A stretch of 56,389 nucleotides of DNA from Methanocella sp. (GTDB lineage Archaea > Thermoproteota > Bathyarchaeia > Bathyarchaeales > Bathycorpusculaceae), in contig JBLNCY010000019.1 in the NCBI GenBank assembly GCA_050261115.1, forward strand, positions 1 to 56,389. The letters are read 5' to 3'. The position numbers and the translations under genes are program-made. Each line of letters opens with the position of its first letter. Positions within the stretch are counted from its first letter, which is position 1. The notes under the pieces are model-generated. The model ran no database searches and was not told the origin of the DNA. It was given only the letters and a program-made list of their open reading frames with translations. Shown piece after piece: positions 1-9,550 of the stretch.

Positions 1-23
1 TAACATTTAAGGTTATCTAAGCT

Positions 24-1142
24 TTAAGCTATCAACTTTTGGAACTTTGAATATACAAGTTGGCACTTATTTTGAGTGTTTTGCAGCAACCGAGGAATTA
101 AGGCATTTACTGCAATGGTAGTTCTTACCTCGCAGGAGGGTCGCCATATTTTAAAAAAGTCTAGGTTTGTGAGAAAGTCGATTTTGTAGATTCCTGTTGT
201 GTTCATGGCAAACTTTAGAGCGCTATTCATGAGAAAGAGACCTGGATATAAAGATCGGTATTTGTCGACAAAAGAAGTTTTCCCTATATACGTTGTTCCC
301 TTGTAGTTGATAGCAAAAACGTAGGCGATAACTTGGCTGTTTAACTCTAAAAAGTGAACTAACCATTGAAACGCTGGATCCTCTTGAGCCGACACCGAGG
401 ATTGCCATAGCCACATGAGGTCATCGTCGTATTCTTGGGAATGCTGAGATCGCCAAGTTTGTTTCCAACTAAGCCGCTCAACTTCAAGGATGCTGTCATA
501 AATGTAATCGAGTTTATCGGGGTTTTCTTTTCCTACAAATGAGAGAATTCTGTATTGACCCTCGCCTTGGATGGTTTTTTCGATTTTTCTGAATCTTTTT
601 CTGTACCTTGAACCCATCGTTTGCTGAAAGTTTTCCCATGAACCCCCAGTGTATATTACTGAGTGATTTTTAGAGTCGGAATTTGGCTGTTTACTTAGTG
701 CAAAAGAGTTTTTGCTACATATTCTTTCAATTACTTCGCGGTTGGGTGAAGCATGGGGTATATCTAATATCAATGATTGTACCCGGAGTTTCTTGAAAGC
801 AACAGCTAATACGCTTTCTAAAAACAGGTCCCTGAAGGCGTCGTTAACTATAAAGTCAGGAGAAAGCTCGCATTTTAATAAAAAATTAGAGCTTCTATAA
901 GCAAACTTTTGATTTAACATGAAGGGGGCGACGCCTATGATTCTGCCTTGGGCTCGGGCGATAAGAAATAAGGGGGCTGTGCCCTTGGGAAGGAACTGGA
1001 CGATTTTTTTCAGGAAAGGAAGGAGTAGGAATGGGTTGTTGCTGTAGAGGTCAAAGAAGGGCTTTAGTTCGTTCTCTAAGGCTTCGAATTCTTTGGGGTC
1101 TGTGATAGCTGATACGGCTATAGTTGGCATAATCGGCACCAA
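24..1142 (-). CDS. GNAT-family (CelD/BcsL, Acetyltransf_6 / FemAB-like) acyltransferase
   Basis: 372 aa with the family pattern: IIGVAPF, WENFQQTMGSRYRKRFRKIEK, VERLSWK, LELNSQVIAY, YRSLYPGLFL, IDFL. The start may be the ATG of MPTIAV. Confidence 0.75.
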   Translation of the reverse strand: MVPIMPTIAVSAITDPKEFEALENELKPFFDLYSNNPFLLLPFLKKIVQFLPKGTAPLFLIARAQGRIIGVAPFMLNQKFAYRSSNFLLKCELSPDFIVNDAFRDLFLESVLAVAFKKLRVQSLILDIPHASPNREVIERICSKNSFALSKQPNSDSKNHSVIYTGGSWENFQQTMGSRYRKRFRKIEKTIQGEGQYRILSFVGKENPDKLDYIYDSILEVERLSWKQTWRSQHSQEYDDDLMWLWQSSVSAQEDPAFQWLVHFLELNSQVIAYVFAINYKGTTYIGKTSFVDKYRSLYPGLFLMNSALKFAMNTTGIYKIDFLTNLDFFKIWRPSCEVRTTIAVNALIPRLLQNTQNKCQLVYSKFQKLIA

Positions 1143-1164
1143 ATTCCTTGCTTGGAGGCTGCGG

Positions 1165-1791
1165 TTAATAGAAAAAAGAGCTGATACTGCTTGAGCTCTT
1201 TTCGGATGATCGCAAAATGTGATTTCTGTACTTGCCTAATCTGAGTAAAGTTAAACTACCAATCCTTGTGGCCTTTTGCCGCTGCTGTATTTTGAGCATA
1301 ACAGAGTTTCTATTGCTTACCAGCAGATACACCGTGGTCTTCCCTTGAAGTAGCAGTTCTTGCGCAAGCTTCTCGAAACCAAGCGAATATAGATGCTGAC
1401 GCCTGAATTCGGGAAAGGTAAATGTCCCAAACAAATAACCGGAAGCTGCGTCAACCTTTATCGTTTTTTCAATCTCATCAACGTAAAAGTCGCTTAGAGA
1501 AACCCAGTTTACGTGTGCACACTTGCCATTTACAAAAACGCCAACACATAGGCAGCCTTTTTGAAACTTTACGCCAGCATCAGGAGTTATGATCTTGAAA
1601 GCCTCAGGGAGGACTGAGAAGTCTTGTTCAGAAAGGAGTTTTACATCTACCCCAGGGGCAGGTGAATAATTTATCGAGCTTTGTTTTAAATCATGCTTAA
1701 AAAGAATGTAGGTTCCCAGTTTAAACTTCCCCATAGCATAAACTCCAAAGATCTCAGGGCACTTGAAAAAGCCGCTTGCAGCATAGAACAC
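1165..1791 (-). CDS. GNAT-family N-acetyltransferase-like protein
   Basis: 208 aa; GNAT motif-A-like FTFPEFRRQHLY and N-x-x-M segment (VSNRNSVM); in operon with glycosyltransferases. Confidence 0.65.
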   Translation of the reverse strand: MFYAASGFFKCPEIFGVYAMGKFKLGTYILFKHDLKQSSINYSPAPGVDVKLLSEQDFSVLPEAFKIITPDAGVKFQKGCLCVGVFVNGKCAHVNWVSLSDFYVDEIEKTIKVDAASGYLFGTFTFPEFRRQHLYSLGFEKLAQELLLQGKTTVYLLVSNRNSVMLKIQQRQKATRIGSLTLLRLGKYRNHILRSSEKSSSSISSFFY

Positions 1792-1815
1792 TACTTTGCT
1801 GGGCTCAGCAACCAG

Positions 1816-3003
1816 TTAAGCGAGTGAACGGTAAATATCCGCGATTTGTCCTCCAACGGTTCGGATATCATACATCTTTACGCTCTGCTTGCCGTTAACT
1901 ATAAGCGTCTGCCTTAGAACGGGATCGTCAATGACACGCGATAGTTTATCAGCTAATTGTGTAATATTTCCTTGCTCTATCAAAAGACCGTTCTGGTTTT
2001 CAGTTATGACTTCTCCAAGAATTCCATCTTTTATAGCAATAACAGCAAGACCCGCAGCCCACGCTTCAAGAACGCTTAGATAGCTGCTACGGGTTGCAAT
2101 GAATATCCCATGGTTCCATAAAAAATTCTTAATTTCATTCGCATGCGAGTTACCTGCAAATTTGACAACCGACTCAAGGCCTAGTTTTTTAACTAAATCA
2201 TTAGCCGCTTCGTAAAGCGAACCATACCCCACTATTAGAAGGGTTGCCTGCGGATTTACCTTTGATACCTGCTTGAACGCGTGAATTACAAATAATGGAT
2301 CCTTATGCTCATCGAGCCTTGAAACCATTACCACTTTTTGGTCATTGTTTTTTTTCAGATGGCTAGGACGGCTGAAAAAATCTACGTCTATAAAATTAGG
2401 GATTAGATGGACTTTTTCGCCAAGACCTAAACCTTCCAAATACGTTTTTACCTCTAAAGAAAAAGTGGTTATCGCACTTGCATAATTGAGAACATTTAAC
2501 ATACATGGGTCCTCAAGCGGCATACAAAAAGGCTCATCACTATTCACGGTATCACCGTGTAGAGACACCACTAAGGGACGACGAAAATGTTTGCTAATCT
2601 GCAAAGCGAGCTTTGGAAATAAGGGATGCCACAACCCATGCAGGTGAAAAACATCCACTGCTGACAACGCCTTTATGCGAGTTGCATCTTTGTAGAGACT
2701 TTGAACCAGTAAATCATCGAGAGTTCTGCTAGGCTTTTGATTTATCTTGTATGAAGCGTTCCTTAGAAAGCTATAAGGGGTTGGTCCTAGACGAAATACA
2801 TCAATACAGCCTATCGTTTCTCTAGAAGGTAGGAATAATTTGTCCCGTAAATTAAAATGGCATTTGTCAGTCAGCAATAAGAAGCGCATTCGCGACTCAG
2901 AGTCACTCAGCGCATTGGACAGGTTTAAAATGTAATTCTCTACTCCCCCTGATTCTATGGGGAAAAAATTGTTCCAGATATGGCAGATATTCAAGGAAAC
3001 CAC
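1816..3003 (-). CDS. Glycosyltransferase family 4 (GT-B)
   Basis: FFPIESGGVE N-terminal motif, HLHG, SLHG, IPNFIDVDFF, SRLDEHKD, VLEAWAAGLAVIA, NGLLI. Confidence 0.9.
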   Translation of the reverse strand: MVSLNICHIWNNFFPIESGGVENYILNLSNALSDSESRMRFLLLTDKCHFNLRDKLFLPSRETIGCIDVFRLGPTPYSFLRNASYKINQKPSRTLDDLLVQSLYKDATRIKALSAVDVFHLHGLWHPLFPKLALQISKHFRRPLVVSLHGDTVNSDEPFCMPLEDPCMLNVLNYASAITTFSLEVKTYLEGLGLGEKVHLIPNFIDVDFFSRPSHLKKNNDQKVVMVSRLDEHKDPLFVIHAFKQVSKVNPQATLLIVGYGSLYEAANDLVKKLGLESVVKFAGNSHANEIKNFLWNHGIFIATRSSYLSVLEAWAAGLAVIAIKDGILGEVITENQNGLLIEQGNITQLADKLSRVIDDPVLRQTLIVNGKQSVKMYDIRTVGGQIADIYRSLA

Positions 3004-3022
3004 CCGTACTTGCTATCAAGAT

Positions 3023-4129
3023 TTAGCCTGGAGGCTGTGACCTCAACCACTTTTTGGTAATAAGGCCCCTAGCGTTGTAGAGCTTGCACCATATGCTATC
3101 ATACATTCTGTGGCTGTAGGGTCCAAAACGGCCCGATTTATGCATAATAGCTTGATAGTTCCAAGTCGGAGTGGCATTCCAACGGTCTTTGTAACCTTCA
3201 TCGCCACGCATAAAATCGAACTCTACCAACCCTTCTTCGATGAATTGTTTAACTAAAAATGGAACCAAAATCGACCCCACACCGAACTTTGAATATTCTG
3301 GGTCAAAACCCGGCAGATAAGCATAGTATTTAGATTTATATTTGAAGCCATATGACCCCGAAACGGGACGCCCATCAAATTCTAAGAGGTATAGCCCGAG
3401 CATTTGTTTTTTTGAAAGAAGCTCGGCGAGGTCTAAATGGAAGTTCTCAATGCGTTTATCAAAGAATGCGCCTCGAAAACCAGCGTTCAACCATCTTTTT
3501 TGGTGAAGGTCAATTAAGAAACGCATGCCTTTCAAACAAGAGTTCGGAGAAGAATAATCCACTAATTCGGCTTTGAAACTCTTTCTTATCTTGTTTAATG
3601 TATTATTAACAGAGCCTCTCTGTTTATAGCTAAGACTTTTCAGGAAAGCGTCATAGGATTCAGGCAATTTAAGGTAGGAGCATTTTGTGGCTTGCTGCAC
3701 TCTCACCATCTTTTCAAGGGCAGATAGGCAAGGAGCGTTTTGAGGTAAATCCGTAAGAGAGGCAAGCGTCCAGTTCTCTTGATGCTTATTTAGATAATCA
3801 AGAAACTCAGAGATTACTTGGCTACTGCTGCTGCTATCGGGGGTAACAAAATTATTATAGTCCGAATCTGGCGTGCCGATGAATTCTATTTTTGACCGGT
3901 TCAAACCCAGGGTTGATTCAGTTGTGCGCATTAAAGGCGCTAAACCCATAATCGAATCAGCTTCTTTAGCGACAAGAATGAGCAGTTCTCGATTATTCCC
4001 GAAATGTTTCCACCAAGTTGACAGCCAAGTCCAAGTGGAAAAAAAGTCATTACAGCTCTTTAAGACTAATTGATCCCATAAATCTTCGAGAGCAATAAAA
4101 TCTGAGAAAGTTAGAACGTCGATCTTCAA
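3023..4129 (-). CDS. GNAT-family (CelD/BcsL, Acetyltransf_6 / FemAB-like) acyltransferase
   Basis: FFSTWTWLSTWWKHF, GLAPL, FIGTPDSDYNNF, LHQKRW, GFDPEYSKFGVGSIL and FDFMRGDEGYKDRW are hallmark motifs of this family. Confidence 0.85.
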   Translation of the reverse strand: MKIDVLTFSDFIALEDLWDQLVLKSCNDFFSTWTWLSTWWKHFGNNRELLILVAKEADSIMGLAPLMRTTESTLGLNRSKIEFIGTPDSDYNNFVTPDSSSSSQVISEFLDYLNKHQENWTLASLTDLPQNAPCLSALEKMVRVQQATKCSYLKLPESYDAFLKSLSYKQRGSVNNTLNKIRKSFKAELVDYSSPNSCLKGMRFLIDLHQKRWLNAGFRGAFFDKRIENFHLDLAELLSKKQMLGLYLLEFDGRPVSGSYGFKYKSKYYAYLPGFDPEYSKFGVGSILVPFLVKQFIEEGLVEFDFMRGDEGYKDRWNATPTWNYQAIMHKSGRFGPYSHRMYDSIWCKLYNARGLITKKWLRSQPPG

Positions 4130-4195
4130 TAAATCAAGTCCTTTTCAACAATAATCTACAATTTCTTTGACTAGCAAATCGCTTATTATGAAACT

Positions 4196-5398
4196 TCAAG
4201 GATCAGTTGCACCAGGAAGCAGCGAATAAATAGAATCCCGAAGCTTTTCCTTTTGACCCTCTTCAAAGCGTAGAATATATTCATGGTTTTCTACACCCAT
4301 TTCTTGCAGCCGATTTCTACCTAACCTAAACAGCTGCTCTAACTTCGCCGTTAAATCGTGACAATCGACATACGTGTATTCATATGGCAAAAAATCGCCT
4401 CGTGCACCCAACCGGTCAGATAAAACTACACAGCCAGCCATTGAATAGTCGTTTTTTCTCTCATTGGAGCCGCCAAGGTGAAAGCCTACATTAATGCAGA
4501 CCCAAGCTTTACCCACGATTCTTAGAAATTCCGCTTTATCTGGGATTGATTTGTAGTATTGTAAACTTGCATTTTTCGGCATTTTTTGTGGTTTTTTCCC
4601 GATAACAACAACTGTAACTTTAACCGTGAGCAAGGCCATGGCTCGCAGAATTTCCTCTAAGGCACTATCGGCTTGAGAGCCCCAATAATCCTTTAAAACC
4701 ACGCATATAGTGGGGGATTGAGCTTTTTCAACTGGTTTAACCCCCTGTAGAGGATAGATATTAGGGTAGAAAACCACCTTCTTAGCGTTCGTCTCAGTAT
4801 ACTTCAGTTGATCTCGCTCACTACACGCAATAATCAGGTCAGCTTGGGCTATCACGTTATCCTCTAGTTTACGTACCAGAGCCTTTGAAATCCGGTTATC
4901 AGAGAACCCAAAGCGGTCACTTGCAAAATCCTGCGAGATGTACACTATTTTGCCCATCTCTTTAAGAACTTTCAAATCAACTATACTGGAGCCGGAAAAT
5001 TCGTCGATTAAGAAAATCTTCGGCGAACTCGAAGCTCTAAGAAACTCAACTAACCGGTCAGTTTTCGTTGAATAAGTTAAGCAGTAGCTTAATGCAATCC
5101 CAAGGTTTGACAGGAACCCCTCAGCTAAAAGCTTGCGGCTACTTTTCTTCCCAAAGAAGCGCCGCAGAACCCCATCACGCAAAGCACCAGGGCTTTTTAT
5201 CGGCATAAGAGCAAAAGAACCAAAGGCACTAACGGTTGAATCTGATAACTCCACAAAATGAGAACCCCATGTCTCCGTGAGTTTATTTTTCCTAAAGATG
5301 TAAAAGACCTCATCGCCTCCCTCCCTAAAAAGGTCAACAACTAGCTTTGCCTTGGGGGAGATAACGCCACCATCGTTTAGAACAAAAATCATTAGCAA
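4196..5398 (-). CDS. Divergent GT-B-fold glycosyltransferase-like protein
   Basis: 400 aa; ADLIIACSERD, FYPNIYP and GGSNERKNDYSMAGCVVLSD resemble degenerate GT4 motifs; glycan-locus context. Confidence 0.55.
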   Translation of the reverse strand: MLMIFVLNDGGVISPKAKLVVDLFREGGDEVFYIFRKNKLTETWGSHFVELSDSTVSAFGSFALMPIKSPGALRDGVLRRFFGKKSSRKLLAEGFLSNLGIALSYCLTYSTKTDRLVEFLRASSSPKIFLIDEFSGSSIVDLKVLKEMGKIVYISQDFASDRFGFSDNRISKALVRKLEDNVIAQADLIIACSERDQLKYTETNAKKVVFYPNIYPLQGVKPVEKAQSPTICVVLKDYWGSQADSALEEILRAMALLTVKVTVVVIGKKPQKMPKNASLQYYKSIPDKAEFLRIVGKAWVCINVGFHLGGSNERKNDYSMAGCVVLSDRLGARGDFLPYEYTYVDCHDLTAKLEQLFRLGRNRLQEMGVENHEYILRFEEGQKEKLRDSIYSLLPGATDP

Positions 5399-5466
5399 AC
5401 CTCAAGCCAGAACAAAACCGGCAACATGGTTACCGCTTAATTTAACCCATTTAGCTGCAAATGTTA

Positions 5467-6345
5467 TTAAATCAAAAGCACTCTTTCTCTAGCACAAATT
5501 TCCCAGAGGGACAGTCGCTCATAGAGTATCTGGAAGTAAATAAAAGGGAAAAGGTCAAAGTCAGCTTTACTCCGATACCTATTACGAAGAAAGCTTGCAA
5601 ATACTAGGGGCGGAAAGAGTAAAGTGGCGAGATTTAGCGGATAGGCGACTCGCCCCATGAACAAGGGGTTCTCACCATATTTCTTGTAGAGCAGAACCCT
5701 GTTTTTTAGCCGTTTACCCGTTTTAATAAAATCTTTAGGTTTAATGGTTTTCTTCTGATGATAAACTACCATTTTAGAGTTGAAAATGATTTTTCCTAAC
5801 TTGGCTGCTCGGTAAGCGAAGTCGCGGTCTTCGTGATAATTAAATCGCTCATCGAAGAAACCCACCTTTTGGAAAACGCTCTTTTTGTATGCTATGTTGC
5901 AGGTATGGTATAGGCCGCCATTGAGGTTCTCGACAATGTCATCGGATCGCGTGGGCTTGTAATCCTCTGAAACATAGTAGGTTTTACCTTCTACCGCTAT
6001 GCAATCAGGGTTGTTTCTGAAACTGTTTATCCCTTCCATGAGCCAATCTTTTGCAACTATGCAGTCACCGTCTGTGAAAAAAAGGTACTTGCCAGCCGCA
6101 AATTTTATCGATTCGTTCCTAGCCTCAGTCAACCCAAGTTTCTTATTTATTTCATAGAACCTGATGCGGTTGTCATTGAACTTTTTGATTTCTTGCACTG
6201 TACCATCCGTACTTAGGCTGTCCAAGATTACCAGTTCAAAATGAGAGTATGTCTGATTCAAAATAGAAGACAAGCATTTAGCGATGAACCGCTCCACATT
6301 TCGTACGCTTACAACCACGCTTATGTCCTTTTCCAAAATAACCAC
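5467..6345 (-). CDS. Glycosyltransferase family 2 (GT-A)
   Basis: ISVVVSVRNVE, ILDSLSTDGT, ARNESI, FFTDGDC (DxD), GFFDERF, HEDRDF. Confidence 0.92.
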   Translation of the reverse strand: MVILEKDISVVVSVRNVERFIAKCLSSILNQTYSHFELVILDSLSTDGTVQEIKKFNDNRIRFYEINKKLGLTEARNESIKFAAGKYLFFTDGDCIVAKDWLMEGINSFRNNPDCIAVEGKTYYVSEDYKPTRSDDIVENLNGGLYHTCNIAYKKSVFQKVGFFDERFNYHEDRDFAYRAAKLGKIIFNSKMVVYHQKKTIKPKDFIKTGKRLKNRVLLYKKYGENPLFMGRVAYPLNLATLLFPPLVFASFLRNRYRSKADFDLFPFIYFQILYERLSLWEICARERVLLI

Positions 6346-6362
6346 CCATACTTCCTGGCGAC

Positions 6363-7778
6363 TTAAGCGGCGTGCGGTATCTGGTATACCTCGTAATTTT
6401 CGAAGTCAAAAACTTTGACGGGATTGAACATTTTCTGCAGAGTGAAAAACGTTAGATAGGGATCTAGTTTCTTGTATTTGACCACGTAATCGATCGTATA
6501 ATTGGTGGTTAGGTGCTCTAGTTGATCATGGATTGAATTGGATACTGTTCGGACTCCATGGACAACCTTAAGTTTTGTAAAATAACCAACCTCCAAGGTG
6601 CGGATATGTGGAATTACAAGCATATTGTTTGAGCCAAATTCCGCTAGCTTCTTATATGCATACAAGTCTTCGGGATTAGTCAATGAATACGACGTCGCTA
6701 AATATTTCTTATATTTAAAAAGTGCCAACACGTTAGTTGCCAACGCTATTAGGATAAGAATTAGAACTGGCAGGTTCAAATGAACGACAGATAACCCTCC
6801 GATAACTCCTACGGGCAGAATACTGTATTCGATGTATCGATAGTCTTCCCCTAGAAATGCAAGGCGAGGAATTGAAATCACTATTGCTACTACCATAGTG
6901 ATTATGGCCCAGTAGGTGGTCCGAACCATTAAGCTGTCAAAGGCAGGGTTTGATTGAGCAAGAAATAATACTATAGCGCCAACGGCTACAAGAAACCAGA
7001 AATTCCTTGCAAAAATTTGTTTTAGCTTCATTGATATCTTGGCTTGGGGTGGATGGCGCGAGTAAAAGTACAGCCATCCGAGGTGTTCTTTTAGGATTTT
7101 AAGATAGAACCCGCGGCTCATAGCCACAGCCAGCAAAACACCCAAAAAGAGCGATAAAAGAAGTAGTGGGTTTCCAAATATTAGGGAATAGGGCACTAGC
7201 GCAAGTACCAATATCTGCAGGGCAAATTTGTGGCTAAGCGCAATTAAGGAAACCAACAAGCTGATGATAACCAAAGCCACGCTATTTTGGGGGAAAAAAA
7301 CTGCGAGAACTACAACAAGAGAGTAGAATAGTAACCCTAAAGGTCTTGGCGTAAACGTTACCGCGAGCTCAAAAACTGCGAGGTTAAAGACTACAATCAC
7401 GACGGTAAAAAAGGTCGCTGGGAGGTTTGAAGAGAGTGAGAAGACTAAAGTCGCCGCTAGACCGCTAATTAATGCAAGAATTACCAAGTTTAAAATTCTC
7501 GCTGATTTAAGATGATATTTATGGGGGATAAGTGCGGTTATATAATGCAGTAGTGGGGGGTATATCAAGTAATTGTATCTGATGTTGCCGCCTTCATCCA
7601 AGATAACTTTTGGAAGTGTTTTAGGAAATCTCCAAGAGTTTTTTTGGATATGCTCGGCTATATATAAGTGGAAGTAGGTATCGCCGCTTGATAGTTTGTT
7701 ACCCGTAAGGAACCTTCTGAGGAGAGAAAGTGACGTGAATGCAGCCACTGAAGCAAGAATGAAGATAATAACAAGCAT
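6363..7778 (-). CDS. Polytopic membrane protein, possible GT-C-fold glycosyltransferase
   Basis: Many hydrophobic segments; first loop GDTYFHLYIAE...YPPLLHY resembles GT-C external-loop motifs; soluble C-terminal domain. Confidence 0.55.
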   Translation of the reverse strand: MLVIIFILASVAAFTSLSLLRRFLTGNKLSSGDTYFHLYIAEHIQKNSWRFPKTLPKVILDEGGNIRYNYLIYPPLLHYITALIPHKYHLKSARILNLVILALISGLAATLVFSLSSNLPATFFTVVIVVFNLAVFELAVTFTPRPLGLLFYSLVVVLAVFFPQNSVALVIISLLVSLIALSHKFALQILVLALVPYSLIFGNPLLLLSLFLGVLLAVAMSRGFYLKILKEHLGWLYFYSRHPPQAKISMKLKQIFARNFWFLVAVGAIVLFLAQSNPAFDSLMVRTTYWAIITMVVAIVISIPRLAFLGEDYRYIEYSILPVGVIGGLSVVHLNLPVLILILIALATNVLALFKYKKYLATSYSLTNPEDLYAYKKLAEFGSNNMLVIPHIRTLEVGYFTKLKVVHGVRTVSNSIHDQLEHLTTNYTIDYVVKYKKLDPYLTFFTLQKMFNPVKVFDFENYEVYQIPHAA

Positions 7779-7828
7779 AAAAATCTGGCCTTTTATAGAG
7801 CTGGTTAAGGGGGTTTTCGTTTAGAGCT

Positions 7829-9364
7829 TTATTTGATTAGTACTCGGGAGTAGCCATTGTCATATAGAATATTGAAGCCTGCATCGTTGAGGTGATCTAT
7901 TGTCATATTCTTTTCAAGGAGAGCTTTTCCTAAACCCTGTGTGTAGAGGAGTGTATCTGCGCTATTCATGTCAGGGCTTAACTGTGGATAAAACCCGAGT
8001 TTAGCCTCAATATAGGTGAGGGTTCGGTAATCGGTAGCTAGTGAATCTACGTTTGTCCAGTTAGTGTAGTTAATGAGGAAATTGGTTGATTGGTATGCTT
8101 CTTGTGTTTGAAACTGTATTTCAGTAGCAAAGGATTGGCGGATCGGCACAAATACAAATAGAGCCAGCAAGATTAGGAATATGCTTAACAGATAAGGTCT
8201 GAGGCGCCGCATTTGAAACAGGTAGACTGCACCCAAAGAAATCGGAATAAACGCTAACGCAACTGCCCGCGTGCCCAAGGTGTAAACGAAAAGACCCAAG
8301 GCAGAATAAACGATTCCCGATAGAAAGATTGCTAAATCGAAGTTTGCTAAGCGTTTTTTGACAAGTAAAAGCAGGAAGCCTACTACGCAAATCAGGATTG
8401 TTGTGATAGTTACTGCTCTTGTGAAAAACTGGGCAACCATATCAATCTGGATTGGGTTAGCAGGGGTAAGAGATACGGCTATCATGCTGGAATATTCTGA
8501 CGGTCTGTTTAGTATCCAAGACAAATTCTCAAAGAAGGTTACGCTACCAAGGGTTAATTGCACTGCCAGATAACCTAATGTACAAAATACCGTGTAGAGA
8601 GCATACTGTTTTGATCTATCAAGTAGACTTCGCAGAAACACGTAGAGGATAAAGAAAAGAGGCACAAAAGAATGCGTAATCAGAATGCAGCCAAATATTA
8701 CAGCTGAAGCAATGTTCGTTCCAAGGCTTTTTGGTCGAGTTTCGAGAACAAACAAGAGAAGAAGCATCGCAAAAGCAAGCGTAAACGGAACGGCTTGGAA
8801 GTTAAAGAAATAAAACATTGAAACAGAAAAAGCAGCCACTACAATCGGGCCGCCGTTATTGAACTTCTTTGAAGCATATACATAAAGGCAAGTTGCAATC
8901 AAAACGCCGATAAGAGCGTATAGTAGGAATTCAAAGTTGACTAGACTCAAGCCAGTTACCGACGTTACGGTGGCAGATAAGATGAAGAAGGCCGGTTGCT
9001 GATAATAAGAATGAGTTGGCTGCGTTGGATCCAAGTTTTTGTTTTCTAAAAAGTATTCGTTAAGCCCACGGAAATACTGTGAATCCGACGTGGGAACCAT
9101 GGGATAGAAAAAGGCTAACGAATAAATGCACAGCAGGATCCCGACTGAAAAGGCCCATTTCAAGTAGGGATTTTTTGATGTTAGTGCTAACAGAAATGTT
9201 GAAGCCAAAGTTAAGGGTAAACCAAACCAATAGTAAACCGACACATTGTAATACACAAAACTATCCACAGAGTCAATTGTCAATGGGTAACTTAGAATCC
9301 AGGAATAGACTAAACAAAATAGGCCTATGAAAAACGGAATTAGAAGTAACTTGCCTTTTTGCAT
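7829..9364 (-). CDS. Polytopic membrane protein, possible GT-C / glycan polymerase-like
   Basis: 511 aa, more than 10 predicted TM segments; loop TSDSQYF...YYQQPAFFIL; LITHSFV; C-terminal NILYDNG typical of archaeal glycan-locus membrane proteins. Confidence 0.55.
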   Translation of the reverse strand: MQKGKLLLIPFFIGLFCLVYSWILSYPLTIDSVDSFVYYNVSVYYWFGLPLTLASTFLLALTSKNPYLKWAFSVGILLCIYSLAFFYPMVPTSDSQYFRGLNEYFLENKNLDPTQPTHSYYQQPAFFILSATVTSVTGLSLVNFEFLLYALIGVLIATCLYVYASKKFNNGGPIVVAAFSVSMFYFFNFQAVPFTLAFAMLLLLFVLETRPKSLGTNIASAVIFGCILITHSFVPLFFILYVFLRSLLDRSKQYALYTVFCTLGYLAVQLTLGSVTFFENLSWILNRPSEYSSMIAVSLTPANPIQIDMVAQFFTRAVTITTILICVVGFLLLLVKKRLANFDLAIFLSGIVYSALGLFVYTLGTRAVALAFIPISLGAVYLFQMRRLRPYLLSIFLILLALFVFVPIRQSFATEIQFQTQEAYQSTNFLINYTNWTNVDSLATDYRTLTYIEAKLGFYPQLSPDMNSADTLLYTQGLGKALLEKNMTIDHLNDAGFNILYDNGYSRVLIK

Positions 9365-9550
9365 ACAGAATCCCTACCAGAATTGATTAAGAAAATTGTT
9401 ATGTTAGCTGATGAGCCTTTGCAAAGTTTGTCAATTTGGCTTCACATCGCTAAATGGACAGTTCGCAAATGATGTTAAGTTACTTTCTCAAAAAACAATA
9501 AACTTGGTAGCAGACAAGGCAGTACTAAAACCCTTGAAGGAAGAGAGAGA

